Assembly (NCBI GenBank): GCA_041650335.1
Contig: JBAZLK010000005.1
Location: 10,580 to 74,579 of the forward strand
Source: Patescibacteria group bacterium
Lineage (GTDB): Bacteria > Patescibacteriota > Patescibacteriia > JAHIZJ01
Reading direction: 5' to 3'
Length of the DNA: 64,000 nucleotides
Shown here: in pieces, positions 38,069 through 47,865 of the stretch
Layout: each line of letters opens with the position of its first letter
Position numbering within the stretch: position 1 is the stretch's first letter
The notes under the pieces: model-generated
What the model was told of the DNA's origin: nothing
The model's input: the letters and a program-made list of their open reading frames with translations, nothing else
Databases searched by the model: none
Translations under genes and position numbers: made by a program

Positions 38069-39460
38069 TTAGCCGACAGAGCCGGACAGCTCCATTTCAA
38101 TAAGACGATTTAATTCGACTGCGTATTCCATGGGCAATTCTTTGGCAAAGGCGTCGAGGAAGCCGACCACGACCATCCGTTCCGCGTCAGCCCGGGTCAA
38201 GCCACGACTTTCAAGATAGAATAACTGTTCTTCGCTGATTTTTGACACGGTCGCTTCGTGTTCGACGCGGGCAGTCGAATTCTTGATTGCCAGCGTCGGA
38301 TAAGTATCGGAACGCGAACGCGCATCGACCAGTAAAGCGTCGCAGCGGACCTTGACGCGACAATTAGTAGCTTGTGGAACAACTCTGACCAGGCCGCGGT
38401 ATGAGGTCCGGCCGCCATGATGGGCGATCGACTTTGAAACGATATTTGAATGCGTATCGGGCGCGAGGTGCAGCACTTTCGCCCCAGCGTCCTGATGCTG
38501 GCCCTTTCCGGCCAAGGCGATCGAGAGAATGTCGGCTCGGGCGCCGCGTCCTTTGAGGAACACGGCCGGATATTTCATGGTAGTTCTTGAGCCGAGATTG
38601 CCGTCGACCCATTCAACCAGGGCATTTTCGTAAGCCACCGCCCGTTTGGTAACGAGATTATAAACATTTTGTGACCAGTTTTGGATCGTGGTGTAGCGGA
38701 TCCGGGAACGCGGTAGGGCGATCACTTCGACGACCGCGGCATGAAGCGACTGTTTTGAGTACAACGGCGCGGTGCAGCCCTCGATGTAGTGGACCGAGGA
38801 GTCTTCGTCGGCAATGATCAGGGTCCGCTCAAACTGTCCGATCGACGGAGCGTTGATGCGAAAATAGGCCTGGAGCGGGAGGTCGACATGAACACCCTTC
38901 GGAATGTAAATAAACGAACCGCCGGACCAGACGGCTGAATTCAAGGCCGAGAACTTGTTGTCGGCGATTGGAACAACGGCACCAAAATACTTTTTCACGA
39001 GCTCCGGGTAGAGTCGGGGCGCCTCGGACATGTCGCAGAAAACAACGCCGAGCTTTGTCCACTGATCCTTCAGATGATGGTAGATCATTTCGGATTCATA
39101 CTGTGCTCCCGCCCCGGCCAGAAATTTCCGTTCTGCCTCGGGGACGCCCAGGCGGTCAAAGGTTTTTTTGATCCGCCGAGGAACGGTCTTCCAGGAGACC
39201 GAGGGCTGATCAGTCGGTTTCCAGTAGTAGGTAATATTGTCGAAATCAAGCTCAGACAAATCAGCGCCCCAGGTCGGGAGCGATTTGGCGCGGAAATAGC
39301 GCAGGGCTTCCAAACGTTTCGCCAGCATCCAGGCCGGCTCATTTTTGAGGCGCGATATTTCCCTCACGACCGCCGAGGACAGTCCGCGCGGAGTTTTATA
39401 TACATAAACAGAGGGGTCGCGAAAAGACTGATCTGTTTTTCGAAATGAGGTTGCGTTCAT
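38069..39460 (-). CDS. sufB: Fe-S assembly protein SufB
   Basis: GAQYESE, GQFERTLI, YIEGCTAP, EHEATVS, LPMEYAVE. Confidence 0.97.
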   Translation of the reverse strand: MNATSFRKTDQSFRDPSVYVYKTPRGLSSAVVREISRLKNEPAWMLAKRLEALRYFRAKSLPTWGADLSELDFDNITYYWKPTDQPSVSWKTVPRRIKKTFDRLGVPEAERKFLAGAGAQYESEMIYHHLKDQWTKLGVVFCDMSEAPRLYPELVKKYFGAVVPIADNKFSALNSAVWSGGSFIYIPKGVHVDLPLQAYFRINAPSIGQFERTLIIADEDSSVHYIEGCTAPLYSKQSLHAAVVEVIALPRSRIRYTTIQNWSQNVYNLVTKRAVAYENALVEWVDGNLGSRTTMKYPAVFLKGRGARADILSIALAGKGQHQDAGAKVLHLAPDTHSNIVSKSIAHHGGRTSYRGLVRVVPQATNCRVKVRCDALLVDARSRSDTYPTLAIKNSTARVEHEATVSKISEEQLFYLESRGLTRADAERMVVVGFLDAFAKELPMEYAVELNRLIEMELSGSVG

Positions 39461-40203
39461 GCGGCAGCGGTTAACCAGTCATAGCCGCGGCGTTCCAGAA
39501 GACTGACTAGGCGCCGATCGCCTGAGCGAACGAGCGTACCCCGGAGCAGGACGTGAACGCGATCCGGCTTCACATACGACAATAAACGCTGATAGTGGGT
39601 GATGATCAGAAAACCAGTTCCGCGTTTGGCGGCCTGATTGATGCCGCGAGCGATGTAGCGGAGGGCGTCAATATCGAGTCCGGAGTCAGCTTCATCGAGA
39701 ATGGCGATTTTCGGCCGGAGAACGAGCAGCTGGAGCAACTCGACCTTTTTCTTTTCGCCGCCGGAAAATCCTTCGTTCACCGACCGTTCTAAAAACTTTT
39801 TTGGGAGACGCAAGTCTTTCAGGGCTTGGTCGATTCTGGTGTCGAGCTCGGTTTGATTTATTTTTCCGTGACCTTGCGCCTGGGCGGCAGTCAGAAGAAA
39901 TTCGAGCAGGTTCACGCCGGGCAGTTCAAGAGGGTATTGGAAACCCAGAAACAGCCCCAGCCGCGAGCGCTCCCACGGTTTTAATCGCAAGATGTCTTTA
40001 CCTTGCCAGACCACGCGGCCGCTTTGGACCTGGCTCTCAGGATGTCCCATTAAAGTATTGGCCAAGGTTGATTTTCCAGAACCATTCGGGCCCATCAAAG
40101 CGACAATCTGGCCAGGGCGGATGCGTAGATTGATATCATGAAGGATGCGCTTATTGCCGGTTGCGGCGGATAAGCCTTGAATGGTAAATGTCGCGACAGC
40201 CAT
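39457..40203 (-). CDS. sufC: Fe-S assembly ATPase SufC
   Basis: GPNGSGKST, FQYP, NEGFSGGEKK, DSGLDID, ITHYQRLL. Confidence 0.97.
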   Translation of the reverse strand: MAVATFTIQGLSAATGNKRILHDINLRIRPGQIVALMGPNGSGKSTLANTLMGHPESQVQSGRVVWQGKDILRLKPWERSRLGLFLGFQYPLELPGVNLLEFLLTAAQAQGHGKINQTELDTRIDQALKDLRLPKKFLERSVNEGFSGGEKKKVELLQLLVLRPKIAILDEADSGLDIDALRYIARGINQAAKRGTGFLIITHYQRLLSYVKPDRVHVLLRGTLVRSGDRRLVSLLERRGYDWLTAAA

Positions 40204-40205
40204 GT

Positions 40206-40619
40206 TTATGAATGCTGAATAAGTTGTGAGAGGGTAATCTTATTGAGCGCCTGGTCAAGGGCGGACTGGACCTTTTGCCAAGCGGTTTTTGACGGACAGC
40301 GATGTTCCAACGGGCACGAGGCGGTCAGGCAATCAACCACCCGCGGCTGGTTTGAGAGCAGATTGGTAACATCAAGCAGGGTCAGGCGTTTCGGATCCTT
40401 GATAAAACGGTAGCCGCCGTTGCGTCCGCGCTGGCTCGAGATCCAGCGCGCCTTCCGAAACGGCACGATCAGCTGTTCCAGGTATTTCAGGGAAATATTT
40501 TCGTGTCGGCCGATATCGGCCAGCGTAACCGGCTGTTTTGTCCGGTAGGTTTGGGCTAGCCACAAAGCGAGGCGGAGACCGTAATGTTCGCGAGTTGAGA
40601 TTTTGCCGAAATAGGCCAT
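40206..40619 (-). CDS. Rrf2/IscR-family regulator with three Cys
   Basis: HYGLR, ISLKYLEQL, SQRGRNGGY, CLTASCPLEHRCP. Confidence 0.92.
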   Translation of the reverse strand: MAYFGKISTREHYGLRLALWLAQTYRTKQPVTLADIGRHENISLKYLEQLIVPFRKARWISSQRGRNGGYRFIKDPKRLTLLDVTNLLSNQPRVVDCLTASCPLEHRCPSKTAWQKVQSALDQALNKITLSQLIQHS

Positions 40620-40627
40620 TTCTATAT

Positions 40628-40674
40628 TCCTAGTAATATAGTAGGATTATAGAGAATAATGATATTTCTGTCAA
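40628..40674 (-). promoter_or_regulatory. suf operon promoter with overlapping palindromic operator
   Basis: Perfect TTGACA(40674-40669)-17-TATAAT(40651-40646); imperfect palindrome TCCTAGTAATATAGTAGGA 40628-40646. Confidence 0.8.
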
Positions 40675-40681
40675 TTCAGTC

Positions 40682-40708
40682 TGTCATCCTGAACTTGTTT
40701 CAGGATCT
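40682..40708. repeat. REP-like palindrome
   Basis: GTC-ATCCTGAA-CTTGT-TTCAGGAT-CT. Confidence 0.55.
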
Positions 40709-40730
40709 CAATATGCAAGATAGGGCGTTC

Positions 40731-40954
40731 GCCCCTTTTCTTTTGAAAAGAAAAGGGGCAGAAAAGAAACGCCGCCCGTGCTTCGTCAGTGGGAAAAATG
40801 GCTTCATCGTCGCTGACGACTCGAACTCGCCCCGCCCTACAGAAGTTTTTTGGTATAGGGCGGGGCTCAAACAACGAGATCGTCTGCTCTGCCAACCGGC
40901 CGAGCACTGCTCCTCTTCGCCTATTTTTCCTCTCACTGACTTCGCAACGGGCGG
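40731..40954. repeat. Highly structured non-coding element (MITE-like or structured RNA)
   Basis: 14-bp perfect IR 40731-40759 plus nested arms 40772-79/40947-54, 40785-91/40934-40, 40792-99/40923-30, 40829-39/40856-66. Confidence 0.65.
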
Positions 40955-41022
40955 ACACGATGATATAACTTTATTCGACAACTCGTAATAATATTGGCAT
41001 AATTGTTATATATACAAAAAAC

Positions 41023-41469
41023 ATGAGAATAAAAAGGATTTTTAGTACCATTACCAAGGTTATCATCTGGTCCTTTGTGATTGTGGTTCTTTTTTATATT
41101 ATGATTAAATTTGCAATTCCTGATTTAAAAACATGGTTAGATGTGTTAATAAAATACTTATTGATAATACTAAGCGTTATTGCATACGTTTGGTCATCAT
41201 TTCAACTTGGTTGGAATATTAAATATGACTGGACGGAAGAAAACAACAAATCATTACGTAGCAGGCTGTTATTGACAGGAAAAATAATATTTACGATGTG
41301 TTATATGGGATTAATTGTATCAATCCCATTATTTTTATTCGGTGCATGTGTTGGCAACGAAGGTGAAATGCCTGTTTGTTTTGGTGGCCAATTAAATATT
41401 TATTTTATATTTATAATTGCAGTTATAATTATTGAATTAGGTTTTTATGCTAATGGAAAAAAAGAATAA
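41023..41469 (+). CDS. AT-rich hypothetical membrane protein (about 4 TM)
   Basis: 148-aa hydrophobic ORF, strongly AT-rich. Confidence 0.75.
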   Translation: MRIKRIFSTITKVIIWSFVIVVLFYIMIKFAIPDLKTWLDVLIKYLLIILSVIAYVWSSFQLGWNIKYDWTEENNKSLRSRLLLTGKIIFTMCYMGLIVSIPLFLFGACVGNEGEMPVCFGGQLNIYFIFIIAVIIIELGFYANGKKE

Positions 41470-41646
41470 CTATACCTAGATAAAAATTAAGCCCATATTA
41501 GTACAAATAATGGATATCAACACATTTAATAGGATTATAAATGTTATAATAATATTGACATGTGTATACACGCATGGTAAGAAGATAACCTAAAACCCTC
41601 GTTGGCCGAGGGTCTAGGTAAAAGGTTAACCTTTGTTTGGTTGGGT

Positions 41647-41677
41647 GGGCCGTTCCAAATGGTACGGCCTGCTTTTT
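41647..41677 (+). terminator. Plus-strand intrinsic terminator
   Basis: gggccgttcca-aa-tggtacggcct followed by gcttttt. Confidence 0.5.
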
Positions 41678-42006
41678 ATAAGAGCGATTTTAATAAACCG
41701 TTCTTCTAAAGGCAGGTAGAGCCATCCATTGCCAAGATTCTTGGCATAGTGGCGTGTTCCATCTGGAAAAATAACCCATTTATGATCTTTTAAAATCACA
41801 TAGGTTTTCTCCCTGCTTAAGCAGATCTTAGGATTGTCCGCCGTGCCGATACGGGTCCAGGGAATGCTTAAGCAAAACCCACCAAATTTGACCAGACACC
41901 GACAAAAAAAGCCGATGATAGGCCAATAAATATTTTAGGCACGATTGAAAAAAATAGCAAGTCCTTACTCGACACAAGTGTGCATAACTGTCATAATTAC
42001 CCCGCC

Positions 42007-43260
42007 ATGACAAACTATTTAGAACTCCTAAACAATCGTGATCCGGAAGTTGCCCAAGCCATCCGCGCTGAGCTTGAACGCCAGCGCAACGGACTGGAAC
42101 TGATTCCGTCCGAGAATTTTGTTTCCATTGCCGTGCTTGAGGCGCTTGGGTCGGTACTGACGAATAAATACTCTGAGGGCTATCCGGGCAATCGCTATTA
42201 CGGCGGTACGCAAAACGTTGACGTGGTGGAACAGCTGGCAATTGACCGGGCGAAAAAGCTTTTTGGCGCTGAACACGTGAATGTCCAGCCACTCTCAGGC
42301 GCGCCGGCCAACATCGCCGTGTACTCGGCCCTCCTGGAGCCAGGCGACACGGTGTTGGGCATGGATTTATCGCACGGTGGGCATTTGACGCATGGCCACC
42401 CGGTCACCTGGATGGCAAAGATATTTCCGTTTATCCGGTATAAAACAACGCCCGAAGGATTAATCGATTACGACCAGGTCCGGCAGATGGCGCGCGAGCA
42501 CAAACCGAAACTTATCCTCGCGGGCTACTCAGCCTATTCGCGTGAGATTGATTATGCAAAGTTTAAAGAAATTGCTGACGAGGTCGGCGCCTACACGATG
42601 GCGGATATTGCGCATATTGCCGGCCTGATCGCGGCTGGCGAGATGAATAATCCCGTGCCGCTGTTTGATGTCGTGACGACAACCACGCATAAAACGCTGC
42701 GCGGCCCGCGTGGCGGCATGATCATGTGCACGAAGAAACTGGCCAAGAAAATCGATAAAGCGGTCTTTCCGGGATTCCAGGGCGGTCCGCACGAACACAA
42801 TATCGCGGCCAAGGCCGTGGCGTTCGGTGAAGCGCTCCAGCCGGAATTTAAAGTTTACGCGAAACAGATAAAGGCGAATGCCCAGGCGCTCTGTGACGCC
42901 CTCCAGGCGGGCGGTTTGAAAATAATGTTCGGCGGCACTGAAAACCATCTCGTCTTGGCGGACGTAACCCCGCTCGGCTTAGCTGGGCGCGAAGCGCAGG
43001 AACTTCTTGATTCGGTCAACATTACGTTGAATAAAAATATGATCCCTGACGATCCGCGCAAGCCCATGGACCCGTCGGGCATCCGTTTGGGTTCCCCGGC
43101 GTTGACGACCCGAGGCATGACGCCACCCGACCTGAAGAAAATCGGCGAGACCATCGTTCAGTTGTTGAAAAACAAAGACTCAACGGCGAAACAAGAAGAG
43201 GTGCGCCAGACAGTCGCCGAACTCACCCAGCGGTATCCCTTATATCCAGAACTCGGCTAA
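42007..43260 (+). CDS. glyA: Serine hydroxymethyltransferase
   Basis: [39 protein letters not shown]. Confidence 0.98.
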   Translation: MTNYLELLNNRDPEVAQAIRAELERQRNGLELIPSENFVSIAVLEALGSVLTNKYSEGYPGNRYYGGTQNVDVVEQLAIDRAKKLFGAEHVNVQPLSGAPANIAVYSALLEPGDTVLGMDLSHGGHLTHGHPVTWMAKIFPFIRYKTTPEGLIDYDQVRQMAREHKPKLILAGYSAYSREIDYAKFKEIADEVGAYTMADIAHIAGLIAAGEMNNPVPLFDVVTTTTHKTLRGPRGGMIMCTKKLAKKIDKAVFPGFQGGPHEHNIAAKAVAFGEALQPEFKVYAKQIKANAQALCDALQAGGLKIMFGGTENHLVLADVTPLGLAGREAQELLDSVNITLNKNMIPDDPRKPMDPSGIRLGSPALTTRGMTPPDLKKIGETIVQLLKNKDSTAKQEEVRQTVAELTQRYPLYPELG

Positions 43261-43262
43261 GC

Positions 43263-44081
43263 ATGAAAATAATAAACGGCCGGAAAATCGCCAAAACGCT
43301 TTTGACGCAGGTGCATGAACACATTGGACGGATGTCGCTGACGCCCGGACTGGCGATTGTGTTGGTCGGGGATGACCCAGCCTCACACCTATATGTACGG
43401 ATCAAGGAACGGGCCTGCCGCCAGGTCGGCCTGAAGTTTGAAAAAAAGGTATTTCCGGCCACGGCGGATGAAAATGAGATATTACGCACCATTCAACAAT
43501 TGAATACCAGGGCTGATATTCATGGAATCGTCGTCCAGCTTCCATTGCCAGAACAACTGAACGAAAATGCGATTATTTCGGCCATCAGTCCGCAGAAAGA
43601 TGTCGATGGATATCACCCAGAAACAATTCAAAGGCTCGTCGCGGGACAGCAAACGTTTATTCCTGCGCTCGCTCGAAGCATCCTCCTTCTGATTGAAAGC
43701 ACGGGTGTGCCGCTGGGTGGGAAGACAGTAGCGGTGATCGCAAATAGCAGCGAATTTTACCAGCCGCTTGAATACCTCATTCGCCAGCGGGGCGGTGCCA
43801 GCGTTTTTTGCGCCCCGACGAATTTCCGGGAAGCATGCCGAAACGCGGATATTGTCATTGTGGCGGTCGGCCAACCCGGAATTATTACGGCCGACGACAT
43901 AAAACCGAATGCGGTTGTTATAGATGTCGGCATTACCCGACAGCCCGAGGGTGTTGTCGGCGATGTCGACGCCACAACCCTGAAAAACGTCCCGGGCTTT
44001 CTCACCCCCGTGCCTGGCGGCGTCGGGCCAGTAACAGTTGCCTCGCTCCTGGCCAATACGGTCCAGGCGGCCGAACAATAA
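43263..44081 (+). CDS. folD: Methylene-THF dehydrogenase/cyclohydrolase
   Basis: ASHLYVRIK, VQLPLP, KDVDG, TPVPGGVGP. Confidence 0.95.
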   Translation: MKIINGRKIAKTLLTQVHEHIGRMSLTPGLAIVLVGDDPASHLYVRIKERACRQVGLKFEKKVFPATADENEILRTIQQLNTRADIHGIVVQLPLPEQLNENAIISAISPQKDVDGYHPETIQRLVAGQQTFIPALARSILLLIESTGVPLGGKTVAVIANSSEFYQPLEYLIRQRGGASVFCAPTNFREACRNADIVIVAVGQPGIITADDIKPNAVVIDVGITRQPEGVVGDVDATTLKNVPGFLTPVPGGVGPVTVASLLANTVQAAEQ

Positions 44082-44115
44082 AAAAACTACCCCCGAAAAA
44101 CGGAGGGAGTTTTTT
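44080..44115. terminator. Bidirectional terminator
   Basis: aaaaaactacccccg...cggagggagtttttt between convergent genes. Confidence 0.55.
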
Positions 44116-44122
44116 ATATATG

Positions 44123-44824
44123 TTAGACGTTGATATTGACGTTCCGTTTGGCGCCGGCCGTGGGATTGGTTGGGTCATATCCGTGCTGCACTTCGTCGTA
44201 ATCAGTGTAGCCGTCTCCGTCGGTATCTTTTTTATATGGGTCAGTGCCAATCCGTCGCTCGTTCACGTCCGTTAAACCGTCTTGGTCTGAATCAAGGTTT
44301 GCGTTGATATTGCTGTTCGTATTCTGATTGGTATTCGTATTCGTGTTGAAATTCACGTTGGTATTCCCGTTGGTGTTCGTATTTCCGTTGGTATTGCTGT
44401 TTATATTACCGTTGCCATTGGTGTTCGTGTTGAGGTTCGCGTTTTGATTGCCGTTCAGGTTCGTGTTCGTGTTAAAATTGAAATTCTGGTTGTTCAGATT
44501 CGTTTTATTTGCATTGCTATTTGCATTCTGATTGGTTGTATTCGTATTGGAATTGTTGGTATTTTTTGACGTCATGTTTTTCATGAGAAAGATGGCAGCC
44601 ACCACAATACCGGCGAGGACAACCAAAATAATCGCGCCGATGATAATATATTTCTTTCGGCCACCATTGCCTTCAGGGCCAGAGACGAGATTGCCGGAGG
44701 CGTCGATCGGCGGCGGCACAGGCGGTTGAGCTGATGGTGGCGACTGAGGAATTGAGGCGTAGGGATCGACTGGTTGATTTTGTGGCGTAGTCGGCGGAGA
44801 AATTGTGCCTGGATCGTCAAACAT
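44123..44824 (-). CDS. Membrane-anchored Asn-rich protein with TSP3-like Ca-binding repeats
   Basis: Pro-rich N-terminus, one TM, (N-X)n tract, DSDQDGLTD..E..IGTDP..KDTDGDGYTD. Confidence 0.85.
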   Translation of the reverse strand: MFDDPGTISPPTTPQNQPVDPYASIPQSPPSAQPPVPPPIDASGNLVSGPEGNGGRKKYIIIGAIILVVLAGIVVAAIFLMKNMTSKNTNNSNTNTTNQNANSNANKTNLNNQNFNFNTNTNLNGNQNANLNTNTNGNGNINSNTNGNTNTNGNTNVNFNTNTNTNQNTNSNINANLDSDQDGLTDVNERRIGTDPYKKDTDGDGYTDYDEVQHGYDPTNPTAGAKRNVNINV

Positions 44825-44968
44825 AATTGGTGTTGATTAATAACTGTTATTAGTATAGCCCTTTTTGTTTTTCGGGGCAAATGGTAGAATTCAGGTAATA
44901 AAAATGGAAAATTCAAAAATAATAACAGTTGAACATCTTGTCTTTTGAACTGTAAATTCTAAATTATC

Positions 44969-46018
44969 ATGTCCTTCTCTATTGGCATCGTCGGCTTGCC
45001 GAATGTCGGGAAATCAACCCTTTTTCAGGCCTTAACAAAGAAACAGGTTGATACTTCGAATTACCCATTTGCCACGATCGATCCGAACGTCGGCGTGGTG
45101 GCCGTGCCGGATGACCGCTTGGAGCAACTCGCTACCATGAGCCATTCGGCGAAAATCGTGCCGACCGCGATTGAGTTTTATGATATCGCCGGCCTGGTCA
45201 AAGGCGCCTCTCAGGGCGAGGGTTTAGGCAATAAATTTCTCAGTCATATTCGCGAGGTCGACGCCATCTGCCACGTTGTCCGGTCGTTTTCTGATCCGAA
45301 CGTGGTTCACGTCGCCGGCAAGATCGATCCAGCGTCAGATCAACAAACAATCCTATACGAATTGGCCATGGCCGATCTGGAACAAGTCAGTCGGGCGCTG
45401 GAGGCATCGGAAGGCAAAGCGCGAACGGGCGATAAAGATTCGATAAAGCTCGTTCAGACGCTTGAAAAGGTAAAAACCGTACTTGACCAAGGCGCGCTGG
45501 CCTTAACAGCATCATTAACAGATGACGAGCGTGCGATCCTGAAATCATTTAACTTGCTTACGCTCAAGCCGATTTTGACAGTGTTGAACGTTGATGAAAA
45601 GGATAACGAACAATCGGGAAATCAGATCAAAATATCCGTTCGGCTGGAATCAGAATTAGCCGGCTTTTCCCCGACGGAAGCAAAAACCTATTTAGATGAG
45701 CTCGGCTGGAAAGAAAGCGGCCTTGACCGTCTCATCCGGGCCAGCTATGAGTTGCTCGGTTTGATCACGTATTTTACGACCGGACCGGACGAAACCCGGG
45801 CCTGGACGATTCATCAGGGAACAAAAGCCCCGCAGGCGGCGGGCGTGATCCACACGGATTTCGAAAAAGGCTTTATCCGCGCCGAGGTGATCAACTGGAA
45901 AGAGTTGCTGGAGGCCGGTTCAGAGACAAACGCGAAGGCCAAAGGCCTCATGCGGATGGAAGGGAAGGAATACGTCTTTCAGGACGGGGATGTCGCCGTG
46001 TTTCATTTCAGTTCATAA
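44969..46018 (+). CDS. ychF: Ribosome-associated ATPase YchF
   Basis: GLPNVGKST, NYPFATIDPN, DIAGLVKGAS, IHTDFEKGFIRAE. Confidence 0.97.
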   Translation: MSFSIGIVGLPNVGKSTLFQALTKKQVDTSNYPFATIDPNVGVVAVPDDRLEQLATMSHSAKIVPTAIEFYDIAGLVKGASQGEGLGNKFLSHIREVDAICHVVRSFSDPNVVHVAGKIDPASDQQTILYELAMADLEQVSRALEASEGKARTGDKDSIKLVQTLEKVKTVLDQGALALTASLTDDERAILKSFNLLTLKPILTVLNVDEKDNEQSGNQIKISVRLESELAGFSPTEAKTYLDELGWKESGLDRLIRASYELLGLITYFTTGPDETRAWTIHQGTKAPQAAGVIHTDFEKGFIRAEVINWKELLEAGSETNAKAKGLMRMEGKEYVFQDGDVAVFHFSS

Positions 46019-46118
46019 TACAGTTTCTTGTGAAAGTGTACTGCTGCGCCGATTGCAGTTTTTTTATTTTTTCGATATGATTTATTAGTTCCAGATCTAT
46101 CTTCGAAACCGGGAGCAC

Positions 46119-46727
46119 ATGGAGGGAACCGTGTTGCACATCCTTTTCCGCAGAGCCCGTCTCGTATTCACGGCTTTAGTGGCGCTGGCCTTGGTCGCGC
46201 TGGTCATCGGTGCGGTGGCGTACTACATTAATCTTCAGGAGCGCCCCCCGGTCAAATACCAGTATGATCAAGCGAGCAACCTTCCTGATTCGGTGAAGGT
46301 TTCGCAATCCGTCGATACCGCGGACGTCGAGCCGGACAGCGTGGAGATCTACCATAGTAATCCCTGGTTTGCTGGTGCCGAACTGACATTCACAACGGCG
46401 GTCGGGAGTGCAACGGCGTGTTTTCCGGAGAAAATCGTAAAAGATGAAGACGGCTGGATCGAAACGGAAAGCATTATCTTCGCCAACCCCGGGCACATGC
46501 GCGATGGCTGGACATTGGATGTCCGGTATTGGCATGGTCGCCGTCACGTCGTGTTCCGAAGTCAGCGTACCGGGCAGAGGGATCAACTGTCGATCCATCT
46601 CTATATCAGTGCGTCAGGCCGAGCGCCGCGTTTGTACATGAATTACGTTTGTGACTCTCAGGGGCGGGAGATTATCCTGCTGTCGGCAAGGCCACGACAG
46701 CCATCACAGATCATTGCCGCGATCTAA
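46119..46727 (+). CDS. Hypothetical protein with N-terminal TM anchor
   Basis: 202-aa ORF, GGGAG SD, hairpin after stop. Confidence 0.65.
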   Translation: MEGTVLHILFRRARLVFTALVALALVALVIGAVAYYINLQERPPVKYQYDQASNLPDSVKVSQSVDTADVEPDSVEIYHSNPWFAGAELTFTTAVGSATACFPEKIVKDEDGWIETESIIFANPGHMRDGWTLDVRYWHGRRHVVFRSQRTGQRDQLSIHLYISASGRAPRLYMNYVCDSQGREIILLSARPRQPSQIIAAI

Positions 46728-46771
46728 CCATCGCGGCCTTTTATTTGCGAGGCGGGTAGTTGAGGAGGTTC

Positions 46772-46799
46772 TTGACAAGGTTTCAAAAAAGAATACTAT
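46772..46799 (+). promoter_or_regulatory. sigma70-type promoter
   Basis: TTGACA-16-TACTAT. Confidence 0.5.
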
Positions 46800-46894
46800 A
46801 TTTTCACCCGGCGGCAACTAGGCTGACTGGGCCTTGTATAAGGCAGGTAGGCCAAACTCGCGGTCTGGTATAAATGGGGGGGGGAGTAATTGTC

Positions 46895-47683
46895 ATGAAA
46901 GCAACCGACTGGCGGACAGTGCTCATGGTCTGGTGGTACTATCTTATGGCATTTATTCCGGGCGCACCTCGAATCGGCACGTTGGCTGAAGCAGTCTGCA
47001 TCTTCGTCCAGAGCTTCGGGCGGAATATGCTCGATGATGACATCCTGAACCGGGTGATCTGGGGATTGAGACAGAACTTCGGCTTTCAGGATGAGGCGGT
47101 GTTTGACGAGATGGTGCGTCGAGGCTACGAGCCGGGTGCGTCGAATCGCGCCCTCGCTCGGCACGCTGTGTGTCTGGCCAAGCGCTATTTGATCCCGATC
47201 ATTTCCCAGTGGGAGGTGGTCTACGCCATCTACCTGATGGATCCGGGGTGGTACCGGGCGAATGCGAACAACATCGACGCGGTCTGGCCGCCACACGAAG
47301 GGTATTTCGCGACCTACCACGTGAAGGAACAGTCGCGCGAGAGGATGCGTTGTCGTCGTTTAACCGGTCGACCGATCGAGCTTGCCCATCCGGCAATGCT
47401 CATCCGGGCCGTTCCCATTCTATGGAAGCTCGGGCTCAATCCGATCGTGGAATCTGTTTCCTGGCACGCGTTCTGGAAGCATGAACTGTGGGTATGGGAC
47501 GGCGACTCCATCCAGCCCTGGACGCGCGGGTTCGCTCATTGGCTCAACCGAGAGATCATCTTCGGAAGAATACTCCATCTGGTGATGGCAGTGCTGCCGG
47601 CCTGGTTCCATGGTCGGATACCGCTCGGTTTACGCCAGCGACTGCCAGGACGCTGGCTGGCTTTCCGTCCAGCCGTCGCCTGA
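46895..47683 (+). CDS. Hypothetical protein, weak YdcF/DUF218-like pattern
   Basis: PIISQWEV, LAHP...R, DSIQPWTR; G-rich SD upstream; terminator 47708-47737. Confidence 0.65.
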   Translation: MKATDWRTVLMVWWYYLMAFIPGAPRIGTLAEAVCIFVQSFGRNMLDDDILNRVIWGLRQNFGFQDEAVFDEMVRRGYEPGASNRALARHAVCLAKRYLIPIISQWEVVYAIYLMDPGWYRANANNIDAVWPPHEGYFATYHVKEQSRERMRCRRLTGRPIELAHPAMLIRAVPILWKLGLNPIVESVSWHAFWKHELWVWDGDSIQPWTRGFAHWLNREIIFGRILHLVMAVLPAWFHGRIPLGLRQRLPGRWLAFRPAVA

Positions 47684-47865
47684 ACAGTCAGAACCGACGT
47701 TTATTGAACCCCCTCTATCAATCGGTGGAGGGTTTTTCATGCAAGTTTTCCACTTTTATCGTTCAGTCATTAGGTATATTCTAGCAGTGACGGATCTGAT
47801 CGCCCTTTTCACCGTGAGACTCGCGGAAGGGCGGTTTTTTGTACGGAAAGCACCAGGGGGTACTC

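Noticed and set aside
40659-40988. Three short ORFs over the structured element
   Set aside because: They are by-products of palindromic non-coding DNA and overlap the suf promoter.
41555-41677. Stand-alone small RNA or type I antitoxin
   Set aside because: The -10 is weak (TAAGAA) and the two hairpins are more simply explained as terminators of convergent transcripts.
41800-42006. ZTP or THF riboswitch upstream of glyA-folD
   Set aside because: Consensus elements could not be found by eye; an Rfam scan would be needed.
44295-44570. Possible CRISPR or DNA tandem array
   Set aside because: Low complexity comes from Asn/Thr codons; there are no fixed repeats with unique spacers.
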